Of a stretch of 64,000 nucleotides of DNA, positions 56,918 to 64,000 are shown piece by piece. Made by a program: the position numbers and the translations under genes. The stretch is from an uncultured Verrucomicrobiae bacterium (GTDB lineage: Bacteria > Verrucomicrobiota > Verrucomicrobiia > Chthoniobacterales > UBA10450), in contig CAVYXA010000001.1 of assembly GCA_963772365.1 (NCBI GenBank), positions 1 to 64,000 on the forward strand. Reading direction: 5' to 3'. Below the pieces are notes generated by a model. The model had not been told where the DNA came from and made no database searches. It saw only the letters and a program-made list of their open reading frames with translations. Each line of letters opens with the position of its first letter. The stretch's first letter is position 1.

Positions 56918-58654
56918 TCAGACGCGGGCGGCGACGGTGGCGGTGTCGCGGCCGGAGCGGAGGATCGTGCCCGGGGTCGCGCCGGTCGACCGGTTGTCGG
57001 TGACCGTCTCGACGCCGTTGACGAAGACGTGCTCGACGCCCTCGGCGTCGGACGTCAGCCGGGCCGCGCCGCCGGGCAGGTCGGCGACGAGCGTGGCGGC
57101 TTCCGGCACCGATCGTCTCGGGGTCGAAGATCGCGACGTCCGCGTGGCACGCCCGTCGGCGAGCCGGCCACGGTCGCGGAGCCCGAAGAGCTGGGCGGGC
57201 TGATCGGTGATCATGCGCACCGCCTCCTCGAGCGGGACGAGCTTGCGCCCGCGGATCATGTCGCCGAGGAACCGGGTCGTGTACGGCGCGCCGCACATGC
57301 GGTCGAGGTGCGCGCCGGCGTCCGACCCGCCGATCATCGCCCGCGGGTCTTCCCACACCTGCTTGCGCAGCTCCCACGACGCGGCGTCGCCGTCCGGCGC
57401 GATCGGCCAGAGGATCGTGCGCAGGTCGTCGTTGATCACGATGTCGAGCAGCGTGTCGAACGGCTCGGTCCCGCGCTCGGCCGCGAGCTCCTTGACGGTC
57501 CGGCCCTTCAGGCCCTCGTTCGCCGTCGGAGTAGGTGTCGCCGAGGACGTAGTTCGTCCAGTCCGCGAGGCGGCGGAACACCCCGGCCTCTTCGCTCTGC
57601 GCCCGCTCGTTCATCCACTCGCGGGTCGCGGGGTCCTGGAGCTTCTCGATCCGCTCCGGCACCGGGAGGCTCATGACCTCCTTCCAGCCCGGGAGCATGA
57701 ACAGCGCGCAGTAGGTGCGGAAGCTCATGTTCATCGGGACGATCACCGGCATGCTGAGCGCGACGAGCCGACCGCCGGCCTCGGCCGCGATGCGTCGACG
57801 CCTGCGAGCTGGCGGGTGACCCGCTCGGGCACCCGCGAGTCGACCGTCAGCACGTTCCAGTTGAGCGGGCGCTGCCCCGCGACGGACATGCTGGGTGAAG
57901 CAGCTCGATCTCCTCGTCGCTGAACTGGTCGAGGCAGCCGTCGACGATCGCCTCGAGCGTCGTGCCTTCGTGGTCGCTCACCGCGCCGCAGAGCGCGAGC
58001 ACCTCGTCGTGGCTCGCCCACCGCGACGCGACCGGCTTCCCGTCGCCGTCGGAGTGGGTGTACGAGAGCGTGGTCGAGAAGCCGAGCCCACCGGCCTCGA
58101 TCGCCGTGTGCAGCTCCGCGACCATCGCCGCGACCTCGGCCTCGGTCGCCTCGCGCTCGACCGCTTCCTTGCCCATGACGTAGCGGCGGATCGCGCAGTG
58201 CCCGACGAGGAAGCCCGCGTTCACGCCGACGTTGCCCTCGAGCCGGCCGAGGTACTCGCGCGAAGCGTCTCCCAGTTCCACGGCACGCCGTGCTCGAGCG
58301 CGGCGAGGGGCATGCCCTCGACCTGCGCCATCATCCGCCGCAGGTAGTCCGCGTCCTCGCGTCGTGCACCGGCGCGAGCGTGAAGCCGCAGTTGCCGCCG
58401 ATGACGCTCGTGACGCCGTGGACGTTGCTCGGCGACGCCGCCGGGTCCCAGAAGAGCTGCGCGTCGTAGTGGGTGTGCGGGTCGACGAAGCCCGGGGTGA
58501 CGACGAGCCCGTCGGCGTCGATCGTCCGCGCCGCGTCGCTCGTCGACCTCCCCGACCGCGACGATCCGGCCGTCCCGGATCCCGACGTCGCCGCGCGTGC
58601 CGGCGCGCCGGTGCCGTCCACGATCGTCCCGCCGCGGATCACGATGTCGAGCAT
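56918..58654 (-). CDS. N-acyl-D-amino-acid deacylase family amidohydrolase; frameshifted
   Basis: IRGGTIVDGTG, PGFVDPHTHYDAQ, GGNCGFTLAP, SDAGAHLD. Confidence 0.9.
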
Positions 58655-58687
58655 GGCGTCGTCCCTCTCCTGGCCGCTGGCGCGCCG

Positions 58688-58708
58688 AATCTGACGGGTC
58701 GTCAGATT
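58688..58708. promoter_or_regulatory. Perfect operator-like palindrome overlapping a predicted -10 box
   Basis: AATCTGACG-GGT-CGTCAGATT, exact reverse complement of 19790-19810; minus strand reads GGTAATCT. Confidence 0.75.
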
Positions 58709-59510
58709 ACCCGTGCCTTGCAAGGCGGTCCCGACCCCCTTCGTTCCCGCGGCGGCTGAAGTGGTGCGTGCGGCCCGCATCGACGTAGCCCAGGCGCTGG
58801 TACCAACCACGCGGCCATTCGTCCAGTCCCGCGGTGAGGAACGACAGGTCGCAACCGGCCTGGGCGGCCCGCCTCAGTGCGTCACGGACCAGGGCGTCGC
58901 CGTAGCCCCGATGCCGGAAGTCCTCGTGGGTCACCAGGTTCTCGAATTGGGCGATGCGGCCCGCACGATCGACGGAGAGATCGGCGTGGGCAGCGATCTC
59001 GTCGCCGTCGTACACCGCGAGCAGCGTCAGCTCCGCGCCGTAGGCCTGGAGCGCAGTCCGGTCTGCGAGCTGACGGAGCTCCTCATCGGTGGCGTCCGGA
59101 AGCGTCACCCGCCAGTCCCGGATGATCGCCGGTCGGAGCTCCTCGAGCGACAGGGCCCGCACCTCGTGTGCCACGGGCTCGACCTCCGGACCCGAGGAGA
59201 TCATCGTCACGACGATCTCGTGCTCGTAGCCCGCGGCGACGAAGTGCTTCATCAGGGCTTGGCCCAAGATGTCGTCGACGCACACGTACCGGTGCTGCAG
59301 ACCCGCGCCGCCGAGCACCTCGTCCGCGGCTGCGAGCACGTCCGCACTTGATGCTTCCGCAGTGACGACGATCCGGTTGTGCCACTGCGAGAGCGGGAAC
59401 TCGCGTTGCAGTACGGCAAACCCCCAGGCGAGGTCCACGACATCGGTGGCCTGCGCCCGGGCGAAGCGATGGTCGAACGCCGTGATCCGCTCGATGTCGG
59501 AGATGCCCAC
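58707..59510 (-). CDS. GNAT family N-acetyltransferase
   Basis: ENLVTHEDFRHRGYG, WYQRLGY; intact. Confidence 0.85.
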   Translation of the reverse strand: MGISDIERITAFDHRFARAQATDVVDLAWGFAVLQREFPLSQWHNRIVVTAEASSADVLAAADEVLGGAGLQHRYVCVDDILGQALMKHFVAAGYEHEIVVTMISSGPEVEPVAHEVRALSLEELRPAIIRDWRVTLPDATDEELRQLADRTALQAYGAELTLLAVYDGDEIAAHADLSVDRAGRIAQFENLVTHEDFRHRGYGDALVRDALRRAAQAGCDLSFLTAGLDEWPRGWYQRLGYVDAGRTHHFSRRGNEGGRDRLARHG

Positions 59511-59549
59511 CGGCGAAGGATGCCAGAGGCCCGCCTCGGAGACGTTGCG

Positions 59550-59645
59550 TCAGGGCGGCCACACCTCAGTGAGGACGAAGGATCCGAGCGACGGGTGATC
59601 GTGGAGATCTCGTGGCGGGCGGTCTCTCGCAGCTTCGAAGCACTT
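59550..59645 (-). pseudogene. Probable 3' fragment of a gene cut at the composition break
   Basis: Minus frame ..FEAARDRPPRDLHDHPSLGSFVLTEVWPP* with no room for a 5' part. Confidence 0.35.
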
Positions 59646-59687
59646 CGTGCGGCGTCCGGCGAAGACGTCAGTTCCAGCGGACTAGCC

Positions 59688-60635
59688 ATGGTCGCTTTTC
59701 TTAATCTTTTTCCACCGGAAGCTTCCACGAGCGCGCATGAAGTCGATTTTCTCTATCTCGGACTGATTGGCGTCTCGGTCTTTTTCCTGGTGGTGATTTT
59801 CGGGCCGATGATCTGGTTTCTGGTGAAATATCGCCGGGGATCGCCGGCCGACCGATCGAACCCCAGCAGTGGATCAAACCTGATCGAAAGCGGCTGGACG
59901 CTCGGGCCCATCATTCTTTCGTTAGGTCTGTTTACCTGGGGCGCGGTCGTTTATTTTCACATCGAACGCAGGCCGAAAAACGCGCTCGAGATCCAGGTCG
60001 TGGGCAAACAATGGATGTGGAAACTGCAGCACGCCGAGGGCAAGCGCGAGATCGACGAACTCCACATTCCGGTCAATCGCACGATTTCGCTGACGATGAC
60101 TTCACAAGACGTGATCCATAGCTTCTTTGTGCCGGCCTTTCGGGTGAAGCAGGATGCCGTGCCTGGAAAATACACGAGCGAATGGTTCAAGCCGACTCGC
60201 ACTGGCGAATACCATCTTTTCTGCGCCGAATATTGCGGGACGCAACATTCGGGAATGATCGGCAAAGTTGTGGTGATGGAACCAAAAGCATACGAGCGCT
60301 GGCTGAGGTCGGGTCCGCCGACCGAATCAATCGCGCTGGCCGGAGAGAGACTTTTTCACGATCGCGGGTGCAGCGGATGTCACGCGCCGAACTCGAAGTT
60401 TCACGCGCCTCTGCTCGAAGGCCTTTATCGAAAACCGGTGCCGCTTTCGAACGGCACGATTGTCACGGCTGATGATCAATATCTGCGCGATTCGATTTTG
60501 CAGCCAGCCAAACAAATCTCGGCTGGTTACGACAATATCATGCCGAGTTTTTCGGGACATTTAACGGAGGAAGAGATCATGCAACTGATCGCTTACTTAA
60601 AGGAAATCGGAAACCAGGAGCCGGCTTCGCAATGA
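59688..60635 (+). CDS. coxB: Cytochrome c oxidase subunit II with fused cytochrome c (caa3 type)
   Basis: [18 protein letters not shown]uA site, CSGCH haem c and distal MP. Confidence 0.96.
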   Translation: MVAFLNLFPPEASTSAHEVDFLYLGLIGVSVFFLVVIFGPMIWFLVKYRRGSPADRSNPSSGSNLIESGWTLGPIILSLGLFTWGAVVYFHIERRPKNALEIQVVGKQWMWKLQHAEGKREIDELHIPVNRTISLTMTSQDVIHSFFVPAFRVKQDAVPGKYTSEWFKPTRTGEYHLFCAEYCGTQHSGMIGKVVVMEPKAYERWLRSGPPTESIALAGERLFHDRGCSGCHAPNSKFHAPLLEGLYRKPVPLSNGTIVTADDQYLRDSILQPAKQISAGYDNIMPSFSGHLTEEEIMQLIAYLKEIGNQEPASQ

Positions 60636-60657
60636 GCCTGCGGCTCCAGAGCTAAAC

Positions 60658-62310
60658 ATGCAAACCGCGACGGAAATCGACATAAAACTCGAAGGTGAGC
60701 TCGGTCGTGACACTTATCTCAGCGAACACTCTGTGCGCTCTTGGTTGCTCACCACGGATCACAAACGGATCGGGATCCTTTATCTCTGCACGATTTTGAT
60801 TTTCTTTACCATTGCTAGCGTGGCGGCAGCACTGATGCGGATCGAGTTGCTGACCCCAAAGGGCGATCTGGTTACTTCGGAGACGTACAACAAACTTTTC
60901 ACGATTCACGGCGTCCTGATGGTTTGGTTCTTTCTCATCCCGTCGATCCCGACCGTGCTCGGCAATTTCGCTCTGCCGATGATGATTGGTGCGCGCGATG
61001 TCGCGTTTCCGAAACTGAATCTATCGAGCTGGTATATTTTTTGCGCCGGCGGCGCGCTTGCGCTTTGGTCGCTCCTTCGCGGCGGAGTCGATACAGGCTG
61101 GACGTTCTATACGCCTTACAGCACGACCTACGCAAATACGCACGTGATCTCGATGGCCGCGGGGGTCTTCGTGGCGGGATTTTCCACGATCATCACCGGA
61201 ATGAATTTCATGGTGACCACGCATAAAATGCGCGCGCCCGGGCTGACCTGGTTTCGATTGCCGCTCTTTGTCTGGTCGCTTTACGCCACCAGCCTGATCA
61301 TGGTTCTGGCCACGCCGGTTCTCGCCATCACACTTGGTTTGATCTCGCTGGAGCGGATCTGGGGCATCGGAATTTTCGATCCGAAGCTGGGCGGCGATCC
61401 CGTTCTCTTTCAACATCTCTTCTGGTTCTATTCGCACCCGGCGGTTTACATCATGATCCTGCCAGGGATGGGAGTCGTTAGCGAAACGATCACCTGTTTT
61501 TCCCGGAAAAGGATTTTTGGTTATCCCTGGATCGCTTGTTCCAGTATGGCCATCGCCGTTCTTGGTTTTCTGGTGTGGGGCCATCACATGTTTGTCTCCA
61601 GCCAATCCATTTACGCGGGAATGGTTTTCTCGATCCTCAGCTTTCTGGTCGCGGTGCCTTCCGGGATCAAGGTGTTCAACTGGACCGCGACACTGCGCAA
61701 AGGATCGATTCATTTCACCACGCCGATGCTTTATGCTCTCGGCTTCATTGGCCTTTTTGTCATCGGCGGCCTAACGGGTTTATTTCTCGCGGCTCTCGGT
61801 GTCGATGTTCACGTGACCGACACCTACTTCGTCGTGGCACATTTTCATTACATCATGGTTGGCGGGATGGTGACGGCTTTCATGGGTGGCCTGCATTACT
61901 GGTGGCCTAAAATCAGCGGCCGATTGTATCCCGAGATTTGGGGCAAGCTCGCTGCGCTGGCGACGTTTCTCGGATTCAATCTCACGTTTTTTCCTCAATT
62001 CATAATGGGTTACCTCGGCATGCCGCGCCGTTATCACGCTTATCCGCCGGAGTTTCAGGTTTACCATGTTTTATCTACCGCCGGCGCATCGATTCTCGGG
62101 GTCGGTTATCTGTTGCCCTTGATTTATTTCCTCTGGTCGATCAAGCGCGGCCGCATCGCGGGGCCGAATCCATGGCGTGCCACCGGTCTGGAATGGCAAA
62201 CTCAATCGCCCCCGATCAAACACAATTTCGAAGAAACGCCGGTCGTGACCGGACCACCCTACATGTATAACGCCGAAGAAGATGTCGATCTCGATCTCGC
62301 CAGTGTCTGA
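60658..62310 (+). CDS. coxA: Cytochrome c oxidase subunit I (A2 type)
   Basis: [43 protein letters not shown]. Confidence 0.98.
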   Translation: MQTATEIDIKLEGELGRDTYLSEHSVRSWLLTTDHKRIGILYLCTILIFFTIASVAAALMRIELLTPKGDLVTSETYNKLFTIHGVLMVWFFLIPSIPTVLGNFALPMMIGARDVAFPKLNLSSWYIFCAGGALALWSLLRGGVDTGWTFYTPYSTTYANTHVISMAAGVFVAGFSTIITGMNFMVTTHKMRAPGLTWFRLPLFVWSLYATSLIMVLATPVLAITLGLISLERIWGIGIFDPKLGGDPVLFQHLFWFYSHPAVYIMILPGMGVVSETITCFSRKRIFGYPWIACSSMAIAVLGFLVWGHHMFVSSQSIYAGMVFSILSFLVAVPSGIKVFNWTATLRKGSIHFTTPMLYALGFIGLFVIGGLTGLFLAALGVDVHVTDTYFVVAHFHYIMVGGMVTAFMGGLHYWWPKISGRLYPEIWGKLAALATFLGFNLTFFPQFIMGYLGMPRRYHAYPPEFQVYHVLSTAGASILGVGYLLPLIYFLWSIKRGRIAGPNPWRATGLEWQTQSPPIKHNFEETPVVTGPPYMYNAEEDVDLDLASV

Positions 62311-62944
62311 ACAAGATCTAGTTGCCGAGCACTTCGACGATCTCGAGCAGCAGCGCAGCGCCGCGCAGCTCGGGATGTGGATTTTTCTGGCGACGGAAGT
62401 TTTGTTTTTTGGCGGACTTTTTCTTTCCTACTGCGTCTATCGAAATCTTTATTCCGCGAGCTTTATCGCCGCCAGTCATCATACCAAGGCCCTGATAGGC
62501 GGCATCAATACGGGGATTCTGCTCTTTAGCAGCACGCTCATGGCGCTGGCGGTTCGAGCGGCGGAATTGCGGCAACGCAAGAAACTGATCTGGCTTCTGT
62601 TGGGCACCGCGTTTTTCGGCATCATCTTCATGGGGCTGAAAGGATATGAGTACCACTCGGATTTTGCAGAACACCTTATGCCCGGAATCAATTTCGAGTG
62701 GCACGGCCCGAATCCCGGGCAGGCCGCGATTTTCTTTTGGCTCTACTTTACCATGACAGGACTGCATGCCATCCACGTCACGGTTGGCATTTTCATCATG
62801 CTGACGCTGGCTCTGCTCGCGTGGTTTGGGAAATTTACAACCGGTCATCACACGCCGGTGGAGATTGCCGGGCTATACTGGCACTTTGTCGATATCGTCT
62901 GGATTTTTCTTTTCCCGCTGCTCTATCTGATTGGACACCGCTAA
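62282..62944 (+). CDS. coxC: Cytochrome c oxidase subunit III
   Basis: [31 protein letters not shown]; start may be GTG 62303. Confidence 0.95.
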   Translation: MSISISPVSEQDLVAEHFDDLEQQRSAAQLGMWIFLATEVLFFGGLFLSYCVYRNLYSASFIAASHHTKALIGGINTGILLFSSTLMALAVRAAELRQRKKLIWLLLGTAFFGIIFMGLKGYEYHSDFAEHLMPGINFEWHGPNPGQAAIFFWLYFTMTGLHAIHVTVGIFIMLTLALLAWFGKFTTGHHTPVEIAGLYWHFVDIVWIFLFPLLYLIGHR

Positions 62945-63232
62945 ATGGAAACGACCACTCATCCTCCGAAGCTGTACTGGAAAGTCGGCATCGCGCTCAT
63001 GTTGCTGCTCGCTCTGACCTGGAGCGTTGGCTATGTCGATCTTGGCCTGTTCAATCTTGTCTTCGCGATGGCTGTTTCCGTTACCAAAGCATTGCTGGTC
63101 GTCCTCTTTTATATGCACATCAAAGGCAGCAGCCGTCTCTTGCATCTGGTCGCCTGTGTCGGGGTCATTTGGCTGTTGATAATGATCATTCTAACGTTCA
63201 GCGATTATTTTAATCGCGGCTGGGTTCAGTAA
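62945..63232 (+). CDS. Cytochrome c oxidase subunit IV family protein
   Basis: Three TMs, KALLVVLFYMH; directly follows coxC. Confidence 0.88.
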   Translation: METTTHPPKLYWKVGIALMLLLALTWSVGYVDLGLFNLVFAMAVSVTKALLVVLFYMHIKGSSRLLHLVACVGVIWLLIMIILTFSDYFNRGWVQ

Positions 63233-63499
63233 ACGATCGCGCCTAACGGCAAATCAACGCCACCACACCGCAGATTAGAGCGGCGCCAAAACTCAGCCAT
63301 ACGACGTAGTCGCGGACGTCGCCACTATGCCAACGCCGCAGGATCGATAATGCCCAGACGAGGGGAGTGGTTACAAATTTGGTTGGCAACCGATCGTGGA
63401 ACAGTGCCGCGAAAGCGATTGTTGCCGCCAGGACCGCCGCGCCTGTGCCGAAACTCAGTCCGGTCAGTGACGGTTCGGCGGATCGAGTCGCGTGGAGCG

Positions 63500-63664
63500 G
63501 GCGTCGAGGGAAAGATCGCGATCATTGAAGCTGTCGAGCAGGATGTCGAGAACGAGGTCCACTTTGCTTTGATTTTAGAAGACGATCCCGGCAAAGACCT
63601 CGGTCTTATGCGCCAGCCCGGTCATCGATTCTTCTATTCCGCCGACGAAGTCGAACCGGTCTAA
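63500..63664 (+). pseudogene. C-terminal remnant of a hypothetical protein
   Basis: GKIAIIEAVEQD..LEDDPGKDLGLMRQPGHRFFYSADEVEP looks protein-like, the upstream part of ORF 63350 does not. Confidence 0.5.
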
Positions 63665-63671
63665 TGCGGCA

Positions 63672-64000
63672 TCATCCAGCGGAAAGATTGTACGCGATCT
63701 TGTGTGTCGGCTGGTAAAGCTGCATATCGTCCGCGCCGGGCACGATCATCAGGATTACACGACCATAAATCTCGTCTTCGATTTCTCCGCGGAACTTTGC
63801 GCCTTTTGCGCGCAACTCTCTCACCGTGGCATCGATGTCGTCGCACATGAGCGAGATCACGTGCTGCCGCGGATGATCATAGGTCTTACCTTCGTAAACG
63901 CTATGCGTCGGATGCACGCCCACTTCGCTCGGACCTGAGTTAAAGATCAGCCAGTCATTATCGTCCCATCCCTCCGCCACGAACTTCCAGCCGAGTACAT
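63672..64000 (-). CDS. VOC/glyoxalase family protein (5' end off window)
   Basis: ..VLGWKFV..WLIF..EVGVHP..ISLMCDDIDATV..LYQPTH. Confidence 0.85.
   Translation of the reverse strand, partial: VLGWKFVAEGWDDNDWLIFNSGPSEVGVHPTHSVYEGKTYDHPRQHVISLMCDDIDATVRELRAKGAKFRGEIEDEIYGRVILMIVPGADDMQLYQPTHKIAYNLSAG

Noticed and set aside
59379..59687. N-terminal extension of CoxB in the ORF track
   Set aside because: Antisense to the GNAT gene and crosses the composition break; CoxB-like sequence starts at ATG 59688

Overview
Positions 1 to about 59,640 are a very GC-rich actinobacterial (Acidimicrobiia-like) region of catabolic genes: 4 acyl-CoA ligases, a heteromeric acyl-CoA dehydrogenase pair, 5 amidohydrolases, 5 luciferase-like (LLM/F420) oxidoreductases, 3 SDRs, 2 aldehyde dehydrogenases, a P450, a GlnA4-type gamma-glutamyl ligase, GDH and NhaA-DsbA. 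Many of these genes are split by single-base indels that look like long-read consensus errors, so I stitched products across frames and some ends are approximate. Two lower-GC accessory blocks each carry an ECF sigma factor coupled to a membrane-anchored partner. In the second block (32.0-33.1 kb) the partner ends in a cupredoxin fold with Glu at the axial Met position, and the block is bracketed by two near-identical 49-bp palindromic repeats; this is the best candidate for an undescribed system. A 21-bp palindrome AATCTGACG-N3-CGTCAGATT recurs in front of catabolic operons and suggests a regulon. At about 59,640 the composition switches abruptly to a much lower-GC, indel-free segment with an A2-type caa3 cytochrome c oxidase operon, most likely a chimeric join to another organism. 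No rRNA, tRNA, CRISPR array, transposase or integrase was seen.
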